Shown: in pieces, positions 1-9,422 of the stretch
Numbering within the stretch: position 1 is the first letter of the stretch
How the letters are laid out: each line of letters opens with the position of its first letter
Assembly: GCA_963675785.1 (NCBI GenBank)
Contig: OY776562.1
Coordinates: forward strand, 1,184,001-1,248,000
Direction: 5' to 3'
Source of the DNA: Anaerolineae bacterium
GTDB taxonomy: Bacteria; Chloroflexota; Anaerolineae; UBA1429
Length of the DNA: 64,000 nt
Translations under genes and position numbers: made by a program
The notes under the pieces: generated by a model
What the model was told of the DNA's origin: nothing
Seen by the model: the letters and a program-made list of their open reading frames with translations, nothing else
Databases searched by the model: none

Positions 1-946
1 TAGCGCTGTTTTGGCGGATATCCTGCGCTTTTTGGAGCGGCGCGCCATATCTCGTGAGGCAGGGCGGCTCTTTACCCGACTGGCCAAGGGGAATCGCCTA
101 GCCTGCGGCGGGCAGCATATCGACACCAGCGAACTATCGCCGGATATCGTACGACATGTAGATACTGTGCTCTCTAGCATTCCCACAGAAAACCTGTTGT
201 TCCCTATGGGCTATGCTACATTGGAGGATTTGCTGCCCTCGGGGTTGACACTTGCTGATGATGAACTCGCGCTCGTCAATCTGTATGTGCGCGGCGTACG
301 GCGCTGGGTACGGGCCTCTTCGTTGCCGACGGAGGATTTGGTGCTGACCATCGCCCAGGATATTTTCGATACAGAGACAGAGCTGGCCATCGTGCACGTG
401 GTGGCTTCTTCGCTGAGCTCTATGGCGATGCTGCACCCCGAATGGCATATCGGCGACCTGGCTCACGAACTCGACCTTATCGCCCGCAACCGACGCGCAT
501 TGGGTTCGCTTTCGCTGGCGGATAGCGGCTATATCGCCAAACCCGGTGCTGTGGTGGTGACCACTATGCACAAGGCCAAAGGATTAGAGTGGGACCTGGT
601 TTTTGTTACTGGCCTGAACAGCCTGGACTTTCCTACAGCGTTGGATGATCGTTTTCGGGACGAGCCTTTTTTCATGCCCGGGCGGGCACCAGCCATCGAA
701 GCGCGCAAAGAGCTGGAGATGTTGGTGGGCACGGATTTCGCCCCTCAGGCGGGCGCTGATCTGGTGATCGAATCGCACCGCGAGTACATTTGTGAGCGCC
801 TACGCCTGTTGTATGTGGCCCTAACGCGCGCTCGATCCAACCTGATCATTACGTGCAGCCGCTCTTTGGGCGAGCGTCAACGCCCCGTCCAGCCTTCGCG
901 TCTATACACGCTGCTGCTCGAATTCACACAGGGGAGCATGCCATGA
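1..946 (+). CDS. UvrD/REP-family SF1 helicase, C-terminal part (5' truncated by window)
   Basis: Motif V 'VTTMHKAKGLEWDLVFV' and motif VI 'ERLRLLYVALTRAR'; the frame is open to the window edge. Confidence 0.9.
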   Translation, partial: SAVLADILRFLERRAISREAGRLFTRLAKGNRLACGGQHIDTSELSPDIVRHVDTVLSSIPTENLLFPMGYATLEDLLPSGLTLADDELALVNLYVRGVRRWVRASSLPTEDLVLTIAQDIFDTETELAIVHVVASSLSSMAMLHPEWHIGDLAHELDLIARNRRALGSLSLADSGYIAKPGAVVVTTMHKAKGLEWDLVFVTGLNSLDFPTALDDRFRDEPFFMPGRAPAIEARKELEMLVGTDFAPQAGADLVIESHREYICERLRLLYVALTRARSNLIITCSRSLGERQRPVQPSRLYTLLLEFTQGSMP

Positions 947-1785
947 AAGAGACGCATTTCGAGGAGGGGCATGTTTTCAGCCAACATGGGCTCAACACCT
1001 ATGTGCGCTGTCCACGGCGTTTTTACTGGCACTATGTGGTAGAGCAACCCTGGCCCACGGCAGAAGGTGAACAGGCCGCCTTACAGCGCCAGGCGTTGGC
1101 GCGAGGAAGGATCTTTCATCAGTGGATGGCTCGACGCTATACAGGTATCTCGATGGATGCGCTGGCCCAAGCCAGCACTGATCCCAATTTGGTGCGCTGG
1201 TGGAAGGCAGCAGAAACACTTGACATAAACAATTATGAGGTAGGGAAATGGCTGCCTGAGGTGCCGCTGGTGGTGCCTATCGGCCGATTCAATCTCTATG
1301 CCCGCTTTGATCTTGTCTCTGCAGGGCAGGAGGGCGCGGTGACCGTGGTGGACTGGAAAACACTGGAACGTCGACCTACTGACGAGGTGATGCAGCGCCG
1401 CATGCAAACCCGTGTTTACCTGTATGCCGCAGCTCAGGCTGGCCAGGCCCTGCTAAGCGGTGATGGGGTGGTGCTGCCCGAGAAGACGCGCATGGTCTAT
1501 TGGTTTACCAATGCGCCGGATGAGTTGTGCGTGGTGGATTATTCACGCGAGCAGATGCAAAAGGATGGCGCCTGGTTTACTGCCCTGGCAGAAGAGATTG
1601 CCAGCAGGGGGGCGGGCGAGTTTGAAAAGACGGAGGACCTTCGCCAGTGTGCCCGCTGTATGTTCAAACCCTTGTGCGATCGTGATGATATTGTGCTAGC
1701 ACCGGATGAGCAAGCCAGCAGTTGGACGGAAGAAGAGTTAGACCTTTCGCTCGATGCCGAAGGCGGAGAAGAGTTAGAGTTCTAG
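943..1785 (+). CDS. PD-(D/E)XK (RecB/Cas4-like) nuclease with Fe-S cysteines
   Basis: 'YVRCPRRF', 'ARFDLV...VVDWKT', 'QTRVY', 'CARCMFKPLC'. ATG at 943 overlaps the helicase stop (ATGA) and follows a GGGGAG RBS. Confidence 0.88.
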   Translation: MKETHFEEGHVFSQHGLNTYVRCPRRFYWHYVVEQPWPTAEGEQAALQRQALARGRIFHQWMARRYTGISMDALAQASTDPNLVRWWKAAETLDINNYEVGKWLPEVPLVVPIGRFNLYARFDLVSAGQEGAVTVVDWKTLERRPTDEVMQRRMQTRVYLYAAAQAGQALLSGDGVVLPEKTRMVYWFTNAPDELCVVDYSREQMQKDGAWFTALAEEIASRGAGEFEKTEDLRQCARCMFKPLCDRDDIVLAPDEQASSWTEEELDLSLDAEGGEELEF

Positions 1786-1804
1786 AGAAGTTAAGGATAA
1801 GCAG

Positions 1805-1840
1805 CGAGCCTAAGGGATTCTCTTTAGGCTCGTTATTTTT
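1805..1840 (+). terminator. Intrinsic terminator between convergent genes
   Basis: CGAGCCTAAGGGA-ttc-TCTTTAGGCTCG followed by a T tract. Confidence 0.75.
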
Positions 1841-1860
1841 GCAAGCAAAAGCTATTGGAA

Positions 1861-2646
1861 CTAGATGGCCAACTCAGCCAATGAAGCGGCTGTCTTGGTG
1901 TAGGAACAAGGGCCAGTCTGCTCAAAACCGCGCTTGATATAGAATTCGGGATCGGCGCTATCACGCAGAACGACCTCTTGCACATAAGGGGGGCCGGCGA
2001 GAACAAAGGGAACAATATTTGCCGAGTTGGCAGTTGCCTGGGATGCTGCTGCCCGAATCAGCCTGCAAGCATCCGCTGGTGCCAGATGGACGGCAAGCTG
2101 AGGCGCAATACCGCGTTTGACGCGCGCACAAGAGATATTGGGTATCAGGGCATGGGCTTCGCGATACATGGCATCATCGCCACTTACAAATACAGTGGGG
2201 ATACCAAAGGAACCAGCCAGGGCTGCGCGACAGCCAAACTCACCTAGCTCAAGGCCATTGAGTTTGTAGTACTCGATGTCACGCGCATAGGTATGGGGGA
2301 GATTGGCGTCAGGGGTGTTTGACATGGTGTGCTGCCCCAAAAAGAAGAGGCCGTCGAACTGCTCGAGATTCATACAATATGGCGGATCGATGGGGGCATT
2401 GTTGAGCAATCGGGCCCCTTTGGGGAATCTGGTCAGGTCAAGGGAGCCATGATAATGGCCATCCCATACCCAGATTTCTGCGTCAGGGGCGGCTTGCAGA
2501 ATACCTTCTACGCAGGCCGCCAATTCTTGGGTACACAGTTTAACGGCAGCTAGAAACTCGGGCGTGTTGCCCTCAATGCCCAACTGATCCCAGCGGGCAA
2601 CACCAGCGACTCCTTCGAGATCAACAATGACGTAAAAACGTTTCAT
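1861..2646 (-). CDS. M55 family D-aminopeptidase (DppA-like)
   Basis: 'VDLEGVAGV', 'DGH', 'GQH', 'HTY', 'LGEFG', 'VSGDD'. Confidence 0.88.
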   Translation of the reverse strand: MKRFYVIVDLEGVAGVARWDQLGIEGNTPEFLAAVKLCTQELAACVEGILQAAPDAEIWVWDGHYHGSLDLTRFPKGARLLNNAPIDPPYCMNLEQFDGLFFLGQHTMSNTPDANLPHTYARDIEYYKLNGLELGEFGCRAALAGSFGIPTVFVSGDDAMYREAHALIPNISCARVKRGIAPQLAVHLAPADACRLIRAAASQATANSANIVPFVLAGPPYVQEVVLRDSADPEFYIKRGFEQTGPCSYTKTAASLAELAI

Positions 2647-2655
2647 GGCTTGGCG

Positions 2656-2943
2656 TTAGTATCTGGCAAATTGGTCGACATCCAGGACAAAGACTGTTGC
2701 CCGATGGGGCGGATGGGTACTGGGAGCGAGTTCAGGATCGATTTCGGGGCCAGCGTTGTCATCGATGATCGTTAGAACCTTTTCAATCTCATCCTCTTCA
2801 ACGCCAATGAGCATGGTCACATAACCTTTGCGCCAGAAACCGCCCGTTGAGGCAATGCGTGTGCACTGCAAATCGGCGGCGTTTAGTCGTGAGCTTACAT
2901 CAAGAGCATATTCATCTCGGACAATGGCTGTGAGAAGCTTCAT
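2656..2943 (-). CDS. darA: PII-like c-di-AMP receptor (DarA/PstA family)
   Basis: 'MKLLTAIV', 'TRIASTGGF', 'TMLIGVE', 'ATVFVLDV'. Confidence 0.82.
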   Translation of the reverse strand: MKLLTAIVRDEYALDVSSRLNAADLQCTRIASTGGFWRKGYVTMLIGVEEDEIEKVLTIIDDNAGPEIDPELAPSTHPPHRATVFVLDVDQFARY

Positions 2944-2986
2944 TGGTGGCTCCTTTCGGTCTGCCCGGCCATCTTGGTCCGGGCGT

Positions 2987-5900
2987 TCACTCGGGTCGTG
3001 TGACAGGCACTGTCAGTGTCTTTTCATCTCCTACAATGCGGATAACCGCTCGTTCCGGGTCCCAGTCGGCCTCACCCTGCCAGTGTATAGCAATGCGGAC
3101 GCGTTTGCCCGGTTTGACATCGCAAAAAGTGCGGGTAACCACCAATTGAGGCATCCCCGGGATTAGCTCAACGTGTGCAGAGTCCAACCCTTGATTCAAG
3201 AGTATCAAACGCCCTGTAAGGTCGCCGCTAGCGAGATCCATTACCAAGTCTACTCTATTATCCACTACTATGAGGTCAGGTTCAAGCATAACATTTACCG
3301 CGGCAGATAGTTCCATATCGCCGCCATTGCTTTCCACTTGGATTTTGGCCGTTTCATAGAGCGAATCAGCAGGGAATTCGTCCATATCAGTGGTGGCGGT
3401 GATGATCACCGAGCGGCCTGTAGAGGCTTCAAAGGATACGTGATCCAACACCAGCCAACGCTGGTCCGAGCGCACGGTGCCTGTGAGTGTGCCCATGCCA
3501 TAGTTAAAGAGCCTCAACGTTGCGCTAACCGGAACACGGTTGATACTCTCTCCCAGGTCCAGGAAGGCGGTGTGGCAAGCAAGTCGCGGATTTGCTACCC
3601 CGACAATCAAGGGAACCTTGGCGCGTCCACCGTCGCTGTTGATGATCAAGGTATTTTCGGTGCTATCGACGCCTTTTTCCAAGCCCATGCCGTAGGCAGT
3701 GGCGGTGATGGTTACAGATTCGCCAGAAAGCAAGCGTCCTTCGGTCTGCGAGAATTCGACCCACAGCGCATCGATCAGAGCCTGCCAGCTGAGCGCCCCG
3801 GTACCACTATTCGTAAGCACCAGTTCGCGCTGCACGGGCGTGGCCAGATCGACATAACCAAAATCGATCGTCTCTGGTTCGACGGTAAGCTGCGGTCGTT
3901 GGACAATGACACTCGCTCGCACAACGAACGATGCGGTACCCGCCTTGACCAACAGAGCATCGACCAAAGAGAACTCGGCGTTAGCCTCGAATGCTGTGGG
4001 ATCCAGATGCACCACGAGATGTGCATTTTGCCCAGGCTCAATCTGTATGGTCTGTTTGTTGGGCTGCAGCCAGGGCACCAGTGGGGTAATCTGAACGGAC
4101 AGAGGGGCCCTTCCCGTGTTGGCAATATCCACGGGCTGTTCGGCGGTTTGACCGAATGGCAGTGTACCAAAGTCAATGTGTGATGTACGCAGTGCAAGCC
4201 GAGGCTTGAGCACATCCAGATGCAGTGCAATATCCTGCGTGCCGCCATTGCTCTCGATCAGTAAGGCCCGGTTGGCGTGGTTGGGGCCGTCCAGGTTCTT
4301 GATGTCAATAAACAGATTAATGGTGGCTGCCTCGCCGGGGCCGAGAGCAAATTCAGAAGGACTGGCATGAAGCCAATCATCGTGAGCACGTATTGTTCCG
4401 GTGAGCAAGGCATTGCCTTTGTTGGCCAACATAAAAGTCAGCTCGGGCGCATCTCCCTCGTGCAGTGCACCAAGGTCAAAAATCGTATTCTCGACGTAAA
4501 GCACTGGGCTGCGCCGTGAGACCCTGGCGGCAATTTTGTCCTGTCCGGCATCGCTATCCAGCAAGATAGCGTCGGCCAGATCATAGCGGCCGCTTTCGAG
4601 GCGTTCGGGCAGCAATTTAACTGGGATGGCCAGCATCTCGTTTTCGCCCAATGTAAACTGTTTTTGGGCGATGGTCAGCCAGGGCACGCGTGAGCCGACA
4701 GTGCCAGTGAGCGTTGCCCCACCTGCATTGCGAATGACGATGTCGCGTTCGTACTCAGAATCCCCCGTGATTGCACCAAAATCCAGCAGCGGTGTTTCAA
4801 CCTGCAGTCGGGCTTGCGCCGGGACAAAGGCGTGCACATCGATTTTGAGCGGTGCTCCCTCCCAGGTTACGACGACATTGCCTTGCTGGCTCATATCGCC
4901 CGGAGGTAGCATCGCCGAGTTCACCGCAAAGATGAGCTGGGCGGTTTTGCCCTGTTTGAGGGTAAAGGTTTTGTCTGGCACATGCAGCCAGGGTGCCGTG
5001 CTTTTGCAGGACACACGAGCTGGAGCAGTGCCGATATTCCGTATCTTGATATTTTCGCGGTGTTCTTCCAGGCCATCGAGCACCAGACTAAAGCGCCCCG
5101 GCGTTACCGAGAGTTCTGCCTTGCCAATTGCAACGGGCTTGGCAGGTGTGGGCATCTGCTGAACAGGTGCTGTCATAGAGATCGGCTCCCTGCTCTGGCC
5201 AAAACGGGGATCGGGATCGAACCCCAGCGTGGCCATGCTCATGCCCCTGGATGAAGTACGCCCTGCGCTGCTTCCATTCGATGTTCCACCTGATTGCTCC
5301 CAAGCGTTATCCATCTGCCGCGCCTGAGCAAGCTGAACCCAACCATTTACAGGCACCAATTCGCCATCCATGCCACTCCACAACTCTCGCGTCAGGTCAT
5401 CAATTGTGGCAAAGCGAGCTTCGGGTTCGCGCCGGGCTGCCCGGGCGATCGTTTTGACCAGTTGTTGCGAGATGCCAGGAACTGCACGTTGCAGAGGAAC
5501 GGGTTTACTGCCCATCTCTAAAAGGCGCTCTGTCAGCAGGGCATAGAGAATACGTCCAACGGCAAACTGGTCAGTTTCGGCTGATGGTTTGCCCGTTTTG
5601 AGTTCAGGGGCGGCATAACCAGTGACACTGCCATAGGGGCCAAAAGTACGTGGCATGAACAGTGCTGTGAGTCCCAGATCGATGATTTTGACCTCGCCTG
5701 CGGCCGAAACCATGATGTGCTGCGGTGCCAGAAAAGGTACATGCAAGCCAGGGTTTGAGGTGTAGAGTGCCGAGAGAGAGGTACAAAGCTGAGCCGCCCA
5801 GTTTCGTGCCAGATCAGGTGTCGTACGAATGCGCTGCTCTTCGATGATGCGCTTCATACTCCAGCCATCGATGTATTCAGAGACCACATAATAGCGCTCG

Positions 5901-6349
5901 CGTTCGGCAAAAACGTCGACAATGCGGGCAATGCCCTGGTTGTCTATGGTACGCCAGGTATCACAGAGGGCATGAAACTGCCGATCCAACTCGCGTTTTT
6001 CATCAGCGCGGAACATCGCCACGGGAAACAGTTCTTTGATGGCATAGTCGACGGTGGGATTTGCCGTATCTACGCCTCTGTAGACGCGGGAAACCGCGCC
6101 AGAAGCCAGTCGAACGCGCAGCTCGTAGCGTTCACCAACGATGTTGCGGGTCTTTTCGCCAAAGGCCTCATGAAAAAGAGCCGTATCCTTGGGGATAGCA
6201 GCGCAATGAGGGCAATCTGCGACGAACCAGGGGCGGATAGTTCCGCACTTGGGGCATGTAAGCGTCAGCGGTGCGCCACAATTGGCGCAGTTAACAGCAT
6301 CCGAGGTGTTAGGATGCCCACATTTGGGGCATCGACGTTTAACTGGCAT
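2987..6349 (-). CDS. Double zinc-ribbon + Ser/Thr kinase-like domain + tandem Ig-like (BACON/ASH-type) repeats; probable pseudokinase
   Basis: Four CxxC pairs; 'YAIKE', 'IIDLG', 'YAAPE'; repeated 'LDFG...I.N.G...L......PWL'. Catalytic loop reads HVPFLAPQH. Confidence 0.85.
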   Translation of the reverse strand: MPVKRRCPKCGHPNTSDAVNCANCGAPLTLTCPKCGTIRPWFVADCPHCAAIPKDTALFHEAFGEKTRNIVGERYELRVRLASGAVSRVYRGVDTANPTVDYAIKELFPVAMFRADEKRELDRQFHALCDTWRTIDNQGIARIVDVFAERERYYVVSEYIDGWSMKRIIEEQRIRTTPDLARNWAAQLCTSLSALYTSNPGLHVPFLAPQHIMVSAAGEVKIIDLGLTALFMPRTFGPYGSVTGYAAPELKTGKPSAETDQFAVGRILYALLTERLLEMGSKPVPLQRAVPGISQQLVKTIARAARREPEARFATIDDLTRELWSGMDGELVPVNGWVQLAQARQMDNAWEQSGGTSNGSSAGRTSSRGMSMATLGFDPDPRFGQSREPISMTAPVQQMPTPAKPVAIGKAELSVTPGRFSLVLDGLEEHRENIKIRNIGTAPARVSCKSTAPWLHVPDKTFTLKQGKTAQLIFAVNSAMLPPGDMSQQGNVVVTWEGAPLKIDVHAFVPAQARLQVETPLLDFGAITGDSEYERDIVIRNAGGATLTGTVGSRVPWLTIAQKQFTLGENEMLAIPVKLLPERLESGRYDLADAILLDSDAGQDKIAARVSRRSPVLYVENTIFDLGALHEGDAPELTFMLANKGNALLTGTIRAHDDWLHASPSEFALGPGEAATINLFIDIKNLDGPNHANRALLIESNGGTQDIALHLDVLKPRLALRTSHIDFGTLPFGQTAEQPVDIANTGRAPLSVQITPLVPWLQPNKQTIQIEPGQNAHLVVHLDPTAFEANAEFSLVDALLVKAGTASFVVRASVIVQRPQLTVEPETIDFGYVDLATPVQRELVLTNSGTGALSWQALIDALWVEFSQTEGRLLSGESVTITATAYGMGLEKGVDSTENTLIINSDGGRAKVPLIVGVANPRLACHTAFLDLGESINRVPVSATLRLFNYGMGTLTGTVRSDQRWLVLDHVSFEASTGRSVIITATTDMDEFPADSLYETAKIQVESNGGDMELSAAVNVMLEPDLIVVDNRVDLVMDLASGDLTGRLILLNQGLDSAHVELIPGMPQLVVTRTFCDVKPGKRVRIAIHWQGEADWDPERAVIRIVGDEKTLTVPVTRPE

Positions 6350-6492
6350 ATATTTATCGCCTCGCGTGGTCGCAATCAAGAGTTAGCTGCAGGGGCGGCA
6401 CCGATGGGGTAGTGGAGCATGTACGCATGAACAATGGTGTGCGCACGAAGAAGTCGTTCGCTCCGCGGGCTTTTACCCTGCAAGGATAGGTT

Positions 6493-6522
6493 ATTATAGT
6501 CGCGTTATGTGCAGTTTGTCAA
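6493..6522 (-). promoter_or_regulatory. Sigma70-type promoter of the kinase-like operon
   Basis: TTGACA-18 nt-TATAAT on the minus strand. Confidence 0.75.
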
Positions 6523-6556
6523 AGCTATTAAGCCGTCTGGCTGAATTCTGCATCCA

Positions 6557-6594
6557 TAATAGTCTCATCGAGACTATTAGTCCAGCATGGACTA
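6557..6594. promoter_or_regulatory. Two tandem palindromic operator-like sites, TAGTC-N7-GACTA
   Basis: TAGTCTCatcGAGACTA (6560-6576) and TAGTCCAgcaTGGACTA (6578-6594). Confidence 0.55.
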
Positions 6595-7072
6595 TGCTCT
6601 CTTGCCCTAACATAGACGCTTGCTTTTAGAGGAGGGGCAATAAGTGTATCTATTTACATAATCATGTACCTTAACGTGTCTGGTGGGGGAGTGCCCGAAA
6701 AGGCGCTGTTTTCAATCAAGGCTGGTCTTGTCAGGGGGAAGGACATGACCTCGTTGCTGTGTGAGCGTGTAGTTTATGGGTGCAGCGTTATGCGGATTGA
6801 CTTGTGTTCAGCAAGCGCGCTGGCTTGTATAAACTGTGCACTGGATGTGATGGCAATGCGTAGATAAACCAAGAGACAGATGGTGAGAGGTTCTGGCAAA
6901 TATGTGCTGTGTACGAGGTTATACTGTCGGGAGAGGCCGAGGCTTTTGAATGGAGCGTTCGTGGTAGAGGACTTGGAATTCAGATAGATGTGCGCACATT
7001 TTACCTGTAAATGAAAAGACACCTTTCGAGAGCATTTCGGGGCGGCAGCGGCATGTTTTGGCCCATCAGGGC

Positions 7073-7101
7073 TTGACAAAGATCATTTTAGATAATATGA
7101 T
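7073..7101 (+). promoter_or_regulatory. Sigma70-type promoter of the recombinase
   Basis: TTGACA-17 nt-TATGAT. Confidence 0.75.
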
Positions 7102-7112
7102 TTATTGCAGAT
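7085..7112. other. dif-like Xer recombination site candidate
   Basis: ATTTTAGATAA-TATGAT-TTATTGCAGAT: 11-6-11 layout with inner ATAA/TTAT, 28 bp upstream of the recombinase ATG. Confidence 0.45.
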
Positions 7113-7140
7113 TAACTAAAATACTCAAAGAAGAAATCAC

Positions 7141-8268
7141 ATGGCTGATTCCAAGTTAAGCTCCCCTGCTGCTGGTGCAACTACAGGCGACGTTGCGACG
7201 CTAAACGACGCTGCGGCACTCATGCTGTCTGATCTCGAGCTGAGCCCCCTCTCTCAGCGTACCTATGGGTTTGGGCTTGATGCTCTGGTGCGCTGCCTTC
7301 ATGTGCTGCACAACGAGTTTGAGGCTGCCGATGCATTGGCCCCCTGCCCTCTTACATATGTCACCGAGGAGACATTGGCAGAGTTTAACCGCTGGCTACG
7401 TGAGGCCTATCCCGACGAGCGCTATGACTCGCCCGATGCTGCGGTTACGCGTACCGCCCGCACCTATATGGTGGCCGCCCGCCGCCTGATGAACTGGCTC
7501 GACTTGCGGGATTTGCTGCCTGAGGGCGTCTCGTACGAGCGTATGGTTCGTCGGATTGATCAGGGCCGCGGGCAGCGGCGTAGCGGCTACAAGCGCCGCC
7601 CCACCGATCCTGATGTGATTCGCGTATTGTCGCACTATATGCGGCAGACGCTGCCCGAGAAAAAGGGTGCGCGGAGGCTGGCTTTGCTGCGCAATCGGGC
7701 GCTGATGGCTTTTCTGTATGATACGGGAACGCGCATCAGCGAGGCACTGGCGCTATCTCGTTCTGATGTACTAGATGGTCGTGCACGTAAGATACGGCTG
7801 GTGCGCACAAAGAACGGCAAGCCGCGAACAGTTTTTCTCTCTGATGAGACGCGTGAACTGCTGCGTGCCTATACCCGTGAACGCGCAGATGGCCCTTTTG
7901 CACCGCTCTTTGCCTCTCACGGAAGGGGAAAAGGTACTCCCATTACACCGGCACATGCCTGGAATCTGGTCAAGCAAGCTGCGCTTGCCGAGGGCCTTTA
8001 TGAGAATACCTCGCCGCACTCGCTACGGCACCGCCGCGCCCAGGATTTGTTGGACGAAGGTATGCCCCTCGAATGGGTTGCGGCGCTGCTGGGCCATGAG
8101 CATTCTGATACGACCCGCATTGTCTATGCTTATGAGACGGACGAAGATCGTCTGTCCGATATGGTGGGCACCTACGGCCTGAGTTTGAAAGATGCCCAAT
8201 CCAGGGCAAAGCCGGAAGACATGCTGGGCGCGAATATCGATCCGGACTATGACGAGACAGAACCATAA
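7141..8268 (+). CDS. Tyrosine recombinase (XerC/XerD family)
   Basis: Full catalytic set: 'TGTRISEAL' (R), 'TKNGK' (K), 'HSLRH' (HxxR), 'LLGH', 'TTRIVYA' (Y). Confidence 0.93.
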   Translation: MADSKLSSPAAGATTGDVATLNDAAALMLSDLELSPLSQRTYGFGLDALVRCLHVLHNEFEAADALAPCPLTYVTEETLAEFNRWLREAYPDERYDSPDAAVTRTARTYMVAARRLMNWLDLRDLLPEGVSYERMVRRIDQGRGQRRSGYKRRPTDPDVIRVLSHYMRQTLPEKKGARRLALLRNRALMAFLYDTGTRISEALALSRSDVLDGRARKIRLVRTKNGKPRTVFLSDETRELLRAYTRERADGPFAPLFASHGRGKGTPITPAHAWNLVKQAALAEGLYENTSPHSLRHRRAQDLLDEGMPLEWVAALLGHEHSDTTRIVYAYETDEDRLSDMVGTYGLSLKDAQSRAKPEDMLGANIDPDYDETEP

Positions 8269-9245
8269 GATGAATGGGTGGCGGCTAGTGTGGCCGCACC
8301 AATAGCACCTGAGAGATCCCCCAGTGCGGCTTTGGCAATCGTAAAGCCCTCCATGTCACGCTTGTTGAGGATATGCTGATAGGCAGAGAGTGCCACAGCA
8401 TCCACGTATTCCTGCCCGATGCGGTCGATGATTCCCCCGCCCAAAACCACAATTTCGGGATCAAACATATTGACGCAATTGGCGACAAGCAGCCCCAGAT
8501 AATGCTGTGCACTGCGTAAGGCTTCGATTGTTACCTCATCCCCTGCTCGGTAGGCCTCATCGATAACACTGGAAGTCATCATTGTCTTGTTACGACTGGT
8601 GAGAATCTCTTGCGCAATACTAGGACGTCCGCCGGCAATTGATTCTTGAATATAGCGTTCCACAGCCCGGCGGCTGGCGAGTGCTTCGGCGTGTCCCCGC
8701 TGCCCACAACTGCATAACGGTCCATCAGCCAGCAGCGTGGTATGGCCCACTTCACCAGCGCCAAAGCGTGCGCCGGCGCGCAGTTTGTTATCGAGGATCA
8801 AACCTCCACCAATACCCGTTCCTACAAAAATCACCAGGGCATCACGATAGCCGCGCGCCGCCCCGTAGGTATGCTCCCCCACGGCAGCCACGTTGACATC
8901 GTTTTCAATGTATGGGCGAACGCCGATGCGTTCCTGTAGTACATCAGCCAAGTCGAGGTCGGTCCAGCTTTCACCGAGGTTAGCACAGAGGAATACGTGG
9001 CCTGTACTAGGATCAACTGGGCCGGGAATGCCGATTCCCACCCCACCGAGGTCGTCATCAGTTAGCAGTGCTGAGACCAGTACTTTTCTGATGAGTGATA
9101 CGATACGGTTCGCCACGCCTTTGGCACCCAGCTCAGCCCTGGCCTTGCGTCCGGCAGACTTTAGAACAGTCCCCTGCTCATCCATCACGATGGCAAGCAT
9201 GCTTGTTCCACCGAGATCGACCCCAACATAATACTTGCCTGTCAT
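8247..9245 (-). CDS. ROK family sugar kinase (glucokinase-like)
   Basis: 'GVDLGGT', 'ENDVN', 'GTGIGGG', 'GEVGH', 'CSCG..GHAE'; ATG at 9245 after a GAGG RBS. Confidence 0.92.
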   Translation of the reverse strand: MTGKYYVGVDLGGTSMLAIVMDEQGTVLKSAGRKARAELGAKGVANRIVSLIRKVLVSALLTDDDLGGVGIGIPGPVDPSTGHVFLCANLGESWTDLDLADVLQERIGVRPYIENDVNVAAVGEHTYGAARGYRDALVIFVGTGIGGGLILDNKLRAGARFGAGEVGHTTLLADGPLCSCGQRGHAEALASRRAVERYIQESIAGGRPSIAQEILTSRNKTMMTSSVIDEAYRAGDEVTIEALRSAQHYLGLLVANCVNMFDPEIVVLGGGIIDRIGQEYVDAVALSAYQHILNKRDMEGFTIAKAALGDLSGAIGAATLAATHSSYGSVSS

Positions 9246-9422
9246 GTTTGTCCTCACACTTTTGATAGATAATGTTATCACGCGCAACAGGCAGTGGTCA
9301 AACATCTTTGGGTTGAACCGTCCCTCGGTGTATAATGTCAACTCAGATGCACATGGCAGAGAACACGCTGAGCAGAACACGGGATTGGGCTAATATATAG
9401 CCTAAAATACGGGGAAAAGATA

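Noticed and set aside
943-1785. Cas4 / CRISPR system
   Set aside because: No cas1/cas2 and no repeat-spacer array anywhere in the window; the gene is coupled to a UvrD-like helicase.
6350-6486. Canonical ydaO or c-di-GMP riboswitch call
   Set aside because: Only CAGCTAAC matches; the other conserved elements are missing. Kept only as a weak structured-leader finding.
6602-7079. ORFs 6664-6867 and 6774-7079, and a 5-codon mini-ORF (6644-6661) behind GGAGG
   Set aside because: No recognisable protein features; cannot be supported as genes.
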